From the NCBI GenBank assembly GCA_040954595.2, contig JBECUI020000032.1, forward strand, positions 124,001 through 188,000: 64,000 nucleotides of DNA. Direction: 5' to 3'. The first letter of the stretch is position 1. Each line of letters opens with the position of its first letter. Made by a program: the position numbers and the translations under genes. The stretch comes from Balanoglossus misakiensis (taxonomy: Eukaryota; Animalia; Hemichordata). The notes under the pieces were generated by a model. That model saw nothing but the letters and a program-made list of their open reading frames with translations, did not search any database and was not told the DNA's origin. Of this stretch, positions 33,201-45,546 are shown one piece after another.

Positions 33201-33776
33201 TTAGGGAAGGGAGCTGCTGAGCTGATCGGGAAAGTCTGGGACCTGAGGGGCGTAGGGGATTTCCCTCTACCCGATGTCGATGAGACAAGAGTTTATGGGC
33301 CAAGCAACACAATAACCCACAAAAAACTTCCTTAATGCTGTGGTTCTTACCATCAAAGCTCCCAGCATATCCGCCGCTTTGGTAGGTTCCAGCTTCGTCA
33401 GGAGTTCCACGAACCAGGGGGGGGGTAAGTTCTCATTATTGCTAAGGTCGTCGCTATCGTAGGGGGCATCCATAAACCTGTTGTTGTCGGCGTCAGCAAA
33501 GTTGAGATCCAACCTTCACTCATAGTTCCAGCTAGGACTAGAGTTTTAAAAGGCTTCCCTGGCTATGGCCACAACCGATTTGCCCTGAATGTCAGAGGGA
33601 ATTGTCAGTAAGGTGATCCCTTGGCTTGCCAGGCCTGTTATGGTGATTCCCCCGCCTTCGTTCTGTTAGGTGATTGTTCCGAATGTATGGGTAACGGTGA
33701 GATTGCTGCAGGAAGTCATCATATAAAGGGCCAAGAGCACAATGCCGACTGCTATGAGAAAAGCTTTCCTACGCAT
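33201..33776 (-). pseudogene. Internally deleted LRR/GLUG lipoprotein pseudogene
   Basis: AAGGAG plus ATG 33776: MRRKAFLIAVGIVLLALYMMTSC...ITITGL...TIPSDIQGKSVVAIAREAF*NSSPSWNYE*RLDLNFADAD; in-frame stops and large deletions. Confidence 0.75.
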
Positions 33777-33986
33777 GCTTTAAAACTCCTTTATCCCCTC
33801 TTGAAGGTAATCAAAAAACTCAAGGAAAATGATGGAATAAGGCAAACAGTCACTCGATTTAGGGCCCTATGGGTCCAGAAGCCCCCAAAGACCCTCCCAG
33901 GTGGGCCCGGGAATGAGGAACTCCAGGGGAAATGGTGATTGAAGATAAAAACAGCCCCCTTCCGTAAAGACGGGGTAGCTTGATGG

Positions 33987-36384
33987 CTAGGGGGTTGGCA
34001 GGGGGGTGTCGGGCTGGCCGGGAAAGTTGTTGATGTGGGGGTGGTAGGCGGGACTGCCGTCCACCCGGCCTTCAATGACCCAATCGTTGGCGGACCAGCC
34101 TAGCCTGCCAGTGTTGGTCCCGGTGTACCAGCTTGGGGTTTTTAGTTGATCCAGGCTGACGGTGCTGCCTAGGGTGCTGGGTGTAGGGTGGGCATTGCCG
34201 TCAGGGGCCGTGATACTCTGATTCGCATAGCGGTAGCTGTTCGTTATGGTTCCTGGGGCACGAATAGTTCCAACCAAACCACCCACCTGGGTGGTGTCTC
34301 TCTGACCCAAGACATTCCCTGTAGCATAGCTATTCGTTAGGGTACCTCCATCGAGGAATCCTATCAAACCACCTACCTGAGAACCCTGCCCCGAGACATC
34401 TCCAGTAGCATAGCTGCCTGTTATGTGAGCAGTGAGCTGTCCAACCAAACCACCCACGTACTTATCCTGCCCCGAGACATCTCCAGTGGCATAGCTGCCT
34501 GTTATGCTACTAGCTATACTATTGTAGCTTCCTACCAAACCACCCACGCCGCTCCCTTGCCCCGAGACATCTCCGGTGGAATAGCTATCCCTTATGCTAC
34601 CGCCGCTGGACCCAGCCAAGCCTCCCACGTGACTCCCCTGCCCCGAGACATCTCCGGTGGAATAGCTATCCCTTATGCTACCGCCGCTGGACCCAGCCAA
34701 GCCTCCCACGTTATTTCCCTGTCCCGAGACATCTCCGGTGGAATAGCTATCCCTTATGCTGCCGCTGCTGGACCCAGTCAAGCCACCCACGCTGCTGCTA
34801 CCCGTGACAGAAGCCGCAGCATAGCTACCGCTTATGGTAGCCCAGGAGCGCCCGACCAAAGCACCCACATCGCGGTACCCCAAAACAGAGCCCCCAATCA
34901 GTCCCAGATCCTTTATCTCACTTCCACCAGTAACCGTGGCCCCGAAAAAACCAACTCCATCGGCTTCAGGAGTTGTGACGGTCATTCCCTCGATACTGTG
35001 GTTTTTACCATCAAAGTTCCCAGCATATCCACCGCTTAGGTAGTTGCCATCGTCGTCATAAGTCCAGGGCTAAGAGGGGTCCAGTTTCCGTTGTCGGCAT
35101 CATCGTCGCTGTCGAAGGGGTCATCCCTGATCCCATCGTTGTCGGCGTCAGCGAAGTTGAGGTCCATGCTTAGCTCGTAGTTCCAGTTATCGGGGTAGTT
35201 TTCCGTATCCACTCCGATTTTGGCCAGTTCACTCAGGCGGTGGATGTACTGCTTGCCATCGGCGGTGGGGATGAGGGGGGTGGTGTAACGGTATTCAGCG
35301 CTGCCGTCGCTGAGCTGGGCATGCAGGTAGTAGGCGGTCTCGGTTACTGACCCCGCTGAGTTCCACTGTCTGAGGGCCGGGGCTGCCTGTAAAGGAAACC
35401 TTCTTGACCATGATGTTTAAAGCCTGGTCGGTGAAGGCTTGGAGTTCTGCTTCTAGTCCTAGGGGAACGCCAACTTCACCATGATTTTTCCAGAACGGGG
35501 ACGGCATCGGTAATGACGATGCCATGGGGAGAGTAAGGATTAGGAAGCGTTATCCAATCCGTGGAGGCCTCCGGGAGACCTGATTCCCTTTGGCCCGCAG
35601 GCGGTAGGAGGTACCGTCGGTCAGGCCAGTCAAGCTTATCTCCTGGGATGTTGTTGCCGTCGGTTCGGAACAGCTGTTGCGGTAGCTTCACTGCTAAAGT
35701 CAGCTTCGGTGTGAGCTTCAACGGTAATGCCTAACGCCGGGTAGGGGCTTGAGGGTGATGATGAGGCTTTGGTAAGCCTGTCTTATGTTTTCAATGATAG
35801 CGGGGTCCAAGGCCCGTTCCGGACCGCCGAAGCCGCTCCAGAGGCCTTCAGTGTAGCCTGTTGTTTCTCCGATGGGGTAAAGGAGGGTGATCCCGGTCAA
35901 GGGGGCAGGAAAGGCCTCGGCGGGGCTGCCTATAAAGCTGGGGGCCTTGGGGGCCAGGATGGTCAGCTTGTTGAGAGCCGTTCCGGCGAAGGCCAGATTG
36001 CCGATGGAGGTGATACCGTTACCTATCTGCACTTCGCTCAAGGAGGCAGCTGAGTTGAAGGCCTCGTCTCCTATAGTTGTGACGCTGTTGGGAATATTTA
36101 TGCTGGTGAGGGTAGAGTTTTTAAAGGCTGCCTCGGCTATGGCCGTAACGGGCTTGTTGTGAATAAAAGAGGGTATGCTGAGGTCGGTGATGTCTCGTCT
36201 TGCCAGACCAGTTATAGTGATTTCCTGCCTTCGTCCTGGTAGGTAAGTGCGTCGAAACTAAGGGGGGCAGTAGGGTTGCTGCAGGAAGTTATCAGGTAGA
36301 ACACAAAAAGGAAAAAACCAACTTTGGCGGCTAGGGTTCCTCTATGTTGTCTTACGCGGGGAGAGGGTGAGTATCTAAATTCAT
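33987..36384 (-). pseudogene. Array copy A: LRR/Fn3-like/GLUG lipoprotein with 8 GLUG modules, frameshifted as assembled
   Basis: ATG 36384 after AAGGAG, lipobox ITSC; fragments 35718-36041, 35476-35721, 35295-35525, 33987-34985 are homologous to 45846-48746. Confidence 0.8.
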
Positions 36385-36416
36385 ATGTTGGATCTCCTTA
36401 CAAACTTGATTGGCCT

Positions 36417-36445
36417 ATCATATAGTAGGACTACGTTCTTGTCAA
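36417..36445 (-). promoter_or_regulatory. Sigma70-like promoter of copy A
   Basis: TTGACA-N17-TATGAT, with the -10 box about 32 bp upstream of the ATG. Confidence 0.7.
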
Positions 36446-36629
36446 AGCTTTGCCATAGCCTAAAAGCTTTGCCATAGGTAAAAGACTTTTGATTGAGCAG
36501 TGATATTGAATAATGACACTACGCTTCTAAAGTTTATTGCGTTTTAGAGGGAAAGCCAAGTTTTTTGGAATTATTCTCTGTTTTTTGGGGAAGACTTCGG
36601 GGTTGGGGCGGCGATGGAGAGGTCCAGGG

Positions 36630-37145
36630 GGGCTGGTTTGGGGAGATGAGCCTTCCAAGGCCCGCACGGACTGCGGGCCTTGGAGGGCGGGATTGCTGGT
36701 AGAGGCATCATCCCGCATTTGCGGGGGTGATGGCTAGGGGGGTGGTAGGGGGGGTGTCGGGCTGGCCGGGGAAGTTGGTGATGTGGGGCTGGTTGGGGGA
36801 GATTAGCCTTCCAAGGCCCGCACGGACTGCGGGGCTTGGAGGGCGGGATTGCTGGTAGAGGCATCATCCCCGCATTTGCGGGGGTGATGGCTAGGGGGTT
36901 GGCAGGGGGGTGTCGGGCTGGCCGGGGAAGTTGGTGATGTGGGGTGGTAGGCGGGGGTCGGGCTGGCCGAGGAAGTTGGTGATGTGGGGCTGGTTGGGGG
37001 AGATTAGCCTTCCAAGGCCCGCACGGACTGCGGGGATTGGAGGGCGGGATTGCTGGTAGAGGCATCATCCCCGCATTTGCGGGGGTGATGGCTAGGGGGT
37101 TGGTAGGGGGGTGTCGGGCTGGCCGGGGAAGTTGGTGATGTGGGG
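36630..37145. repeat. Triplicated ~155-bp unit (gene 3' end plus double hairpin)
   Basis: Three copies of GCCTTCCAAGGCCCGCACGGACTGCGGG...GGCATCATCCC(C)GCATTTGCGGGGGTGATGGCTAGGGG...GGAAGTTGGTGATGTGGGG, plus a ~40-bp partial copy. Confidence 0.85.
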
Positions 37146-39681
37146 GTGGTAGGCGGGACTGCCGTCCACCCGGCCTTCAATGACCCAATCGTTGACGGAC
37201 CAGCCTAGCTTGCCAATTTCGGTTCCGGTGTACCAGCTTGGGGTTTTTAGTTGATCCAGGCTGACGGTGCTGCCTAGGGTGCTGGGGTAGGGTGGCATTG
37301 CCGTCAGGGGCCGTGATACTCTGATTCGCATAGCGGTAGCTGTTCGTTATGGTGCCAGAAAAGGATGCTCCGACCAAACCACCCACCTGGGTGGAGGCAC
37401 TCTTCCCCACGACATTCCCTGTAGCATAGCTATTCGTTAGGGTACCTCCATCGAGGAATCCTATCAAACCACCCACACTAAAGGACCCCGAGACATCTCC
37501 AGTAGCATAGCTGCCTGTTATGCTAGCAGAGCTGTGCCCGGCCAAACCACCCACAGCATCGTTCCCCGAGACATCTCCAGTAGCATAGCTGCCTGTTATG
37601 CTAGCAGAGCTGTGCCCGGCCAAGCCGCCCACGTTGCTGCTACCCGTGACAGAACCCGTGGCATAGCTGCCTGTTATGCTAGCAGTGCTGAGCCCAGCCA
37701 AGCCGCCGACATACCCCTGACCCGAGACAACCCCAGTGGCATAGCTCTCTGTTATGACCCCACTATTTTCTCCAACCAAACCACCCACGTGACGCCCCTG
37801 CCCCGAGACATCTCCAGTGGCATAGCTAGCCCTTATGCTACCACCGCTGTACCCAGCCAAGCCTCCCACGTAACTCCCCTGCCCCGAGACATCTCCGGTG
37901 GAATAGCTATCCCTTATGCTGCCGCTGCTGGACCCAGCCAAGCCACCCACGTTGCTGCTACCCGTGACAGAACCCGTGGTATAGCTGCCTGTTATGGTTC
38001 CACCCGATACTCCAGCCAAACCACCAACGCTTCTGCTACCCGTGACAGAACCCGTAGCATAGCTGCCTATAATCTCTCCCTCGTTATACCCAACCAAACT
38101 ACCTACGTTAGAATTACCCGAGAAAGAGCCACCCAGCAGTGCCAGATCCTTAATTTGACCTCCAGCAAGCATAAAATTAAAAAACCGACTCTATTAGCTA
38201 AAGGTGTCGTGACGGTCATTCCCTCGATACTGTGGTTTTTACCATCAAAGTTCCCAGCATATCCACCGCTTAGGTAGTTTCCATCGTCGTCATAAGTTCC
38301 AGGGCTAAGAGGGGTCCAGTTTCCGTTGTCGGCATCATCGTCGCTGTCGAAGGGGTCATCCCTGATCCCGTCGTTGTCAGCGTCAGCGAAGTTGAGGTCC
38401 ATGCTTAGCTCGTAGTTCCAGTTATCGGGGTAGTTTTCCGTATCCACTCCGATTTTGGCCAGTTCGCTTAGGCGGTGGATGTACTGCTTGCCGTCGGCGG
38501 TGGGGATGAGGGGAGTGAATAGCGGTATTCAGCGCTGCCGTCGCTGAGCTGGGCACGCAGGTAGTAGAGCCTTTCATTGCTGACCCCGCTGAGTTCCACT
38601 GTCTGAGGGCCGGGGCTGCCTGTAAAGGAAACCTTCTTGACCATGATGCTTAAAGCCTGGTCGGTGAAGGCCTGGAGTTCTGCTTCTAGTCCTAGGGGAG
38701 CGTCAACTTCAACCATGATTTTTCCAGAACGGGGAACGGCATCGGTAATGGCGATGCCATAGGGAGAGTAAGGATTAGGAAGCGTTATCCAATCCGTGAA
38801 GGCCTCCGGGGAGACCTGGCTCCCTTTGGCCCGCAGGTGGTAGGAGGTACCGTCGGTCAGGCCAGTCAGGCTTATCTCCTGGGATGTTGTTGCCGTCGGT
38901 TCGGAAACTGCTGTTGCGGTGGTAGAGCCAGCTTCGGTGAGAGCTTCTACGGTAATGCTAACGCCGGGTAGGGGCTTGAGGGTGATAATGAGGCTTTGGT
39001 AAGCCTGTCTTATGTTTTCAATGACAGAGGGGTCCAAGGCCCGTTCTGGACCGCCAAAGCCGCTCCAGGGGGCTTCAGTGTAGCCTGTTGTTTCTCCGAT
39101 GGGGTAAAGGAGGGTGATCCCGGTCAAGGGGGCGGGAAAGGCCTCGGGAGGACTGCCTATAAAGCTGGGGGCCCTGGGGGCCAGGACGGTGAGTTTATTA
39201 AGGGCCGTTCCGGCGAAGGCCAGATTGCCGATGGAGGTGATACCGTTACCTATCTGCACTTCGCTCAAGGAGGCAGCTGAGTTGAAGGCCTCGTCTCCTA
39301 TAGTCCGTGACGCTGTTGGGAATATTTATGCTGGTGAGGGTAGAGTTTTTAAAGGCTGCCTCGGCTATGGGCCCGTAACGGGCTTGTTTATAAATGAAAG
39401 AGGTATGCTGAGGTCGGTGCTCTCTCGTCTTGCCAGACCAGTTATAGTGATTCCCTGCCTTCGTCCTGGTAGGTAAGTGCGTCGAAACTAGGGGGGCGGT
39501 GAGGTTGCTGCAGGAAGTTATCAGGTAGAAAACGAAAGGGAAAGACCAACTTTAGTGGCTAGGGTTTTTCTATGCTGTCTTACGCGGGGAAGTGAGTGAG
39601 TGAGTGAGTGAGTGAGTGAGTGAGTGAGTGAGTGAGTGAGTGAGTGAGTGAGTGAGTGAGTGAGTTGGTAAATAAATTCAT
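37092..39681 (-). pseudogene. Array copy B: LRR/Fn3-like/GLUG lipoprotein with 10 modules and (ACTC)18, out of frame as assembled
   Basis: ATG 39681 after AAGGAG; fragments 38468-39268, 38103-38447, 37177-38172, 37092-37331. Confidence 0.8.
39594..39665 (+). repeat. (GAGT)18 tract, read as (ACTC)18 on the coding strand of copy B
   Basis: 72 nt of perfect repeat beginning 16 nt after the first base of the ATG. Confidence 0.95.
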
Positions 39682-39713
39682 ATGCTGGATCTCCTTACAA
39701 ATTTGATTGGTCT

Positions 39714-39742
39714 ACCCTATCGTAGTTATTCTTTTTTGTCAA
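39714..39742 (-). promoter_or_regulatory. Sigma70-like promoter of copy B
   Basis: TTGACA-N17-TAGGGT. Confidence 0.55.
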
Positions 39743-40013
39743 GTCTTTGCCATAGGTAAAAGACTTTTTGATTGAGCAGTGATCTTGAATAAGGACACTA
39801 CGCTTCTAAAGCTTATGACGTTTTAGAGGGAATGCCAAGTTTTTTGGAATTATTTTCTGTTTTTGGGAAGACTTCAGGGTTGGGGTGGCGAGGGAGGGGT
39901 CCAGAGGGGGCTGGTTTGGGGAGATGAGCCTTACAAAGGCCCGCACGGACTGCGGGGCTTGGAGGGCAGGATTGCTGATAGAGGCATCATCCCCGCATTT
40001 GCGGGGGTGATGG

Positions 40014-42640
40014 CTAGGGGGTTGGCAGGGGGGTGTCGGGCTGGCCGGGGAAGTTGGTGATGTGGGGGTGGTAGGGGGGGCTGCCGTTCACCCGGCCTTC
40101 AATAATCCACTTGTCGGCGGCCCAGCCTAAGTTGCCGGTGTCGGTGTACCAGCTTGGGGTTTTTAGTTGATCCAGGCTGACGGTGCTGCCAGAGGTGTTG
40201 GGTGTAGCCTGGGCATTGCCGTCAGGGTCTGTGAAACTCTGATTCACATAGCGGTAGCTGTTGGTTATGGTGCCTGTATCAATTAGTCCTATCAAACCAC
40301 CCAGGTCGGCCCCTTGCCCCGAGACATTCCCAGTGGCATAGCTGTTTGTTATGCTACCAAAGTTGTGATGACCGACCAAACCACCCACGATGTTCCCTTG
40401 CCCCGAGAGATCCCCAGTGGCATAGCTGTTCTCTATGCTGCCTGTGTTGTATCCCACCAAGCCGCCCAACGCATTGCTGACCCCGAAACAGTACCGGTGG
40501 CATAGCTGTTTGTTATGGAACTAGCATTGCCTCCAAACCAAACCACCCACTTGATCGTCCCCCGAGACATCTCCAGTGGCATAGCTGTCGACATCTCCAG
40601 TGGCATAGCTGTCTGTTATGGTAGCACGGGCTCTGTCCAACCAAACCACCCACGCTGTCCTCCTGACCCGAGACATCTCCAGTGGCATAGCTGCCTGTTA
40701 TGGCAAAACCAATGTTGTTTCCAACCAAACCACCCACACCACCGAGCCCCGAAACAGTACCAGTGGCATAGCTGTCTGTTATGGGACCAATTTTGAGTCC
40801 GACCAAAACCACCTACACTGCTACTCTGCCCTGATACATTCCCGGTGGCATAGCTGCTCGTTATGCTGCCCATTTGCCCGCTGGATCCAACCAAACCACC
40901 CACGTAGTCCCCCTGACCCGAGACATCTCCAGTGGTATAGCTAGCCCTTATACTGCCGTTGCTGTACCCAGCCAAGCCTCCCACATACTCCTGCCCCGTG
41001 ACAGAAGCCGTAGCATAGCTGCCTATAATCTCTCCCTCGTTATCCCCAACCAAACTACCTACGAAAGAATTACCCGAGAAAGAGCCACCCAGCAGTTCCA
41101 GATCCTTAATTTGACCTCCAGCAACCGTGGTCCCCAAAAAACCGACTCTATTAGCTAAAGGTGTCGTGACGGTCATTCCCTCGATACTGTGGTTTTTACC
41201 ATCAAAACTCCCAGCATATCCACCGCTTAGGTAGTTGCCATCGTCGTCATAAGTTCCAGGGCTAAGAGGGGTCCAGTTTCCGTTGTCGGCATTGTTGTCG
41301 CTGTCAAAGGGGTCATTCTTAACCCCGTCGTTGTCGGCGTCGGCGAAGTGGAGGTTGCTTTTTAATTCGTAGTTCCAGTTATCGGGGTAGTTTTCACTAT
41401 CCACGCCGATTTTGGCCAGTTCGCTTAGGCGGTGGATGTACTGCTTGCCGTCGGCGGTGGGGATGAGGGGAGTGGAATAGCGGTATTCAGCGCTGCCGTC
41501 GCTGAGCAGGGCACGCAGGTAGTAGGGCCTTTCATTGCTGACCCCGCTGAGTTCCACTGTCTGAGGGCCGGGGCTGCCTGTAAAGGAAACCTTCTTGACC
41601 ATGATGCTTAAAGCCTGGTCGGTGAAGGCCTGGAGTTCTGCTTCTAGTCCTAGGGGAACGCCAACTTCAACCGTGATTTTTCCAGAACGGGGAACGGCAT
41701 CGGTAATGGCGATGCCATGGGGAGAGTAAGGATTAGGAAGCGTTATCCAATCCGTGGAGGCCTCCGGGGAGACCTGATTCCTTTGGCCCGCAGGCGGTAG
41801 GAGGTACCGTCGGTCAGGCCAGTCAGGCTTATCTCCTGGGATGTTGTTGCCGTCGGTTCGGAAACTGCTGTTGCGGTGGTAGATCCAGCTTCGGTGCGAG
41901 CTTCTACGGTAATGCTAACGCCGGGTAGGGGCTTGAGGGTGATGATGAGGCTTTGGTAAGCCTGTCTTATGTTTTCAATGACAGAGGGGTCCAAGGCCCG
42001 TTCCGGACCGCCGAAGCCGCTCCAGGGGGCTTCAGTGTAGCCTGTTGTTTCTCCGATGGGGTAAAGGAGGGTGATCCCGGTCAAGGAGGCGGGAAAGGCC
42101 TCGGCGGGGCTGCCTGTAAAGCTGGGGGCCCTGGGGGCCAGGACGGTGAGTTTATTAAGGGCCGTTCCGGCGAAGGCCAGATTGCCGATGGAGGTGTACC
42201 GTTACCTATCTGCACTTCGCTCAAGGAGGCAGCTGAGTTGAAGGCCTCGTCTCCTATAGTCGTGACGCTGTTGGGAATATTTATGCTGGTGAGAATGGAG
42301 TTTTTAAAGGCTGCCTCGGCTATGGCCGTAACGGGCTTGTTATAAATGAAAGAGGGTATGCTGAGGTCGGTGCTGTCTCGTCTTGCCAGACCAGTTATAG
42401 TGATTTCCCTGCCTTCGTCCTGGTAGGTAAGTGCGTCGAAACTAGGGGGGGCGGTGAGGTTGCTGCAGGAAGTTATCAGGTAGAAAACGAAAAGGGAAAG
42501 ACCAACTTTAGTGGCTAGGGTTTTTCTATGCTGTCTTACGCGGGGAAGTGGGAAGTGAGTGAGTGAGTGAGTGAGTGAGTGAGTGAGTGAGTGAGTGAGT
42601 GAGTGAGTGAGTGAGTGAGTGAGTTGGTAAATAAATTCAT
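40014..42640 (-). pseudogene. Array copy C: LRR/Fn3-like/GLUG lipoprotein with about 10 modules and (ACTC)17, out of frame as assembled
   Basis: ATG 42640 after AAGGAG; fragments 41743-42084, 40616-41602, 40513-40812, 40014-40469. Confidence 0.8.
42557..42624 (+). repeat. (GAGT)17 tract in copy C with an adjacent 7-bp GGGAAGT duplication
   Basis: 68 nt of perfect repeat, counted directly. Confidence 0.95.
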
Positions 42641-42672
42641 ATGCTGGATCTCCTTACAAATTTGATTGGTTT

Positions 42673-42701
42673 ATCCTATCGTAGTTATTCTTTTTTGTCA
42701 A
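42673..42701 (-). promoter_or_regulatory. Sigma70-like promoter of copy C
   Basis: TTGACA-N17-TAGGAT. Confidence 0.6.
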
Positions 42702-42973
42702 GTCTTTGCCATAGGTAAAAGACTTTTTGATTGAGCAGTGATATTGAATAATGACACTACGCTTCTAAAGCTTATTTGCTTTTTAGAGGGAAAACCAAAT
42801 TTTTTGGAATTATTTTCTGTTTTGGGGAAGACTTCGGGGTTGGGGTGGCGATGGAGAGGTCCAGGGGGGGGCAGGTTGGGGGAGATGAGCCTTACAAGGC
42901 CCGCACGGACTGCGGGGCTTGGAGGGCGGGATTGCTGGTAGAGGCATCATCCCCGCATTTGCGGGGGTGATGG

Positions 42974-45514
42974 CTAGGGGGTTGGTAGGGGGGTGTCGGG
43001 CTGGCCGGGGAAGTTGGTGATGTGGGGGTGGTAGGGGGGGCTGCCGTTCACCCGGCCTTCAATAATCCACTTGTCGGCGGCCCAGCCTAAGTTGCCGGTG
43101 TCGGTGTACCAGCTTGGGGTTTTTAGTTGATCCAGGCTGACGGTGCTGCCAGAGGTGTTGGGTGTAGCCTGGGCATTGCCGTCAGGGTCTGTGAAACTCT
43201 GATTCACATAGCGGTAGCTGTTGGTTATGGTGCCTGTATCAATTAGTCCTATCAAACCACCCAGGTCGGCCCCTTGCCCCGAGACATTCCCAGTGGCATA
43301 GCTGTTTGTTATGCTACCGAAGTTGTGATTACCGACCAAACCACCCACGATGTTCCCTTGCCCCGAGAGATCCCCAGTGGCATAGCTGTTCTCTATGCTG
43401 CCTGAGTTGACTCCCGCCAAGCCGCCCAACTCGTCGCTGACCCCCGAAACAGTACCGGTGGCATAGCTAGCCCTTATGCTGCTGGTGGTGTCTCCAACCA
43501 AACCACCCACTTGTGTCCCCTGACCCGAGACATCCCCAGTGGCATAGCTACCGCTTATGGTAGCCCAGGAGCGCCCCGACCAAACCACCCACACTACCGT
43601 CCCCCGAGACATCTCCAGTGGCATAGCTGTCTGTTATGGGAGCAAGGGTACGTCCGACCAAACCACCTACAAGGTCTCTCTGCCCTGAGACATTCCCGGT
43701 GGCATAGCTGCTCGTTATGCTGCCCCTTCTCCAGCTGAGTCCAACCAAACCACCCACGAAGACCCCTACATTGTTGCCCCCATGACCTGATACATCTCCA
43801 GTGGCATAGCTAGCCCTTATACTGCCGTTGCTGTACCCAGCCAAGCCTCCCACATACTCCTGCCCCGTGGCAGAAGCCGTAGAATAGCTGCCTATAATCT
43901 CTCCCTTGTTATCCCCAACCAAACTACCTACGTTAGAATTACCCGAGAAAGAGCCACCCAGCAGTGCCAGATCCTTAATTTGACCTCCAGCAACCATCAA
44001 ATTAAAAAAAACCGACTCTATTAGCTAAAGGTGTCGTGACGGTCATTCCCTCGATACTGTGGTTTTTACCATCAAAACTCCCACCATACCCACCGCTTAG
44101 GTAGTTTCCATCGTCGTCATAAATTCCAGGCTAAGAGGGGTCCAGTTTCCGTTGTCGGCATCATCGTCGCTGTCGTAATGGTCGTTCATTACCCCATCGT
44201 TGTCAGCGTCGGCGAAGTTGAGTCCCATGCTTAGCTCGTAGTTCCAGTTATCGGGGTAGTTTTCACTATCCACTCCGATTTTGGCCAGTTCACTCAGGCG
44301 GTGGATGTACTGCTTGCCGTCGGCGGTGGGGATGAGGGGAGTGGAATAGCGGTATTCAGCGCTGCCGTCGCTGAGCTGGGCACGCAGGTAGTAGGCGGTC
44401 TCGTTACTGACCCCGCTGAGTTCCACTGTCTGAGGGGCGAGGCTGCCTGTAAAGGAAACCTGCTTGACCATGATGTTTAAAGCCTGGTCGGTGAAGGCCT
44501 GGAGTTCTGCTTCTAGTCCTAGGGAATGCCAACTTCAACCATGATTTTTCCAGAACGGGGAACGGCATCGGTAATGACGATGCCATGGGGAGAGTAAGGA
44601 TTAGGAAGCGTTATCCAATCCGTGGAGGCCTCCGGGGAGACCTGATTCCCTTTGGCCCGCAGGCGGTAGGAGGTACCGTCGGTCAGGCCAGTCAGGCTTA
44701 TCTCCTGGGATGTTGTTGCCGTCGGTTCGGAAACTGCTGTTGCGGTGGTAGATCCAGCTTCGGTGTGAGCTTCTACGGTAATGCTAACGCCGGGTAGGGG
44801 CTTGAGGTGATGATGAGGCTTTGGTAAGCCTGTCTTATATTTTCAATGACAGAGGGGTCCAAGGCCCGTTCTGGACCGCCGAAGCCGCTCCAGGGGGCTT
44901 CAGTGTAGCCTGTTGTTTCTCCCGATGGGGTAAAGGAGGGTGATCCCGGTCAAGGGGGCAGGAAAGGCCTCGGCGGGGCTGCCTATAAAGCTGGGGGCCC
45001 TTGGGGCCAGGATGCTTAGCTTGTTGAGGGCCGTTCCGGCGAAGGCCAGATTGCCGATGGAGGTGATACCGTTACCTATCTGCACTTCGCTCAAGGAGGC
45101 AGCTGAGTTGAAGGCCTCGTCTCCTATAGTCGTGACGCTGTTGGGAATATTTATGCTGGTGAGAATGGAGTTTTTAAAGGCTGCCTCGGCTATGGCCGTA
45201 ACGGGCTTGTTATAAATGAAAGAGGGTATGCTGAGGTCGGTGCTGTCTTGTCTTGCCAGACCAGTTATAGTGATTTCCCTGCCTTCGTCCTGGTAGGTAA
45301 GTGCGTCGAAACTAGGGGGGCGGTGAGGTTGCTGCAGGAAGTTATCAGGTAGAAAACGAAAAGGGAAAGACCAACTTTAGTGGCTAGGGTTTTTCTATGT
45401 TGTCTTACGCGGGGAAGTGAGTGAGTGAGTGAGTGAGTGAGTGAGTGAGTGAGTGAGTGAGTGAGTGAGTGAGTGAGTGAGTGAGTGAGTGAGTGAGTTG
45501 ATAGATAAATTCAT
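42974..45514 (-). pseudogene. Array copy D: LRR/Fn3-like/GLUG lipoprotein with about 9 modules and (ACTC)20, out of frame as assembled
   Basis: ATG 45514 after AAGGAG; fragments 44900-45094, 44097-44471, 43548-44000, 42974-43624. Confidence 0.8.
45419..45498 (+). repeat. (GAGT)20 tract in copy D
   Basis: 80 nt of perfect repeat, counted directly. Confidence 0.95.
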
Positions 45515-45546
45515 ATGCTGGATCTCCTTACAAATTTGATTGGTCT

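Noticed and set aside
36571-37068. 165-aa Pro-rich ORF
   Set aside because: Translation of the triplicated non-coding repeat.
36630-37145. Possible CRISPR array
   Set aside because: The units are ~155-bp tandem copies with no unique spacers, and no cas genes are present.
39594-39665. GAGT tracts as eukaryotic contamination or a pure sequencing artefact
   Set aside because: They occur at the same position after the ATG in three paralogs, and a degenerate version is present in a fourth.
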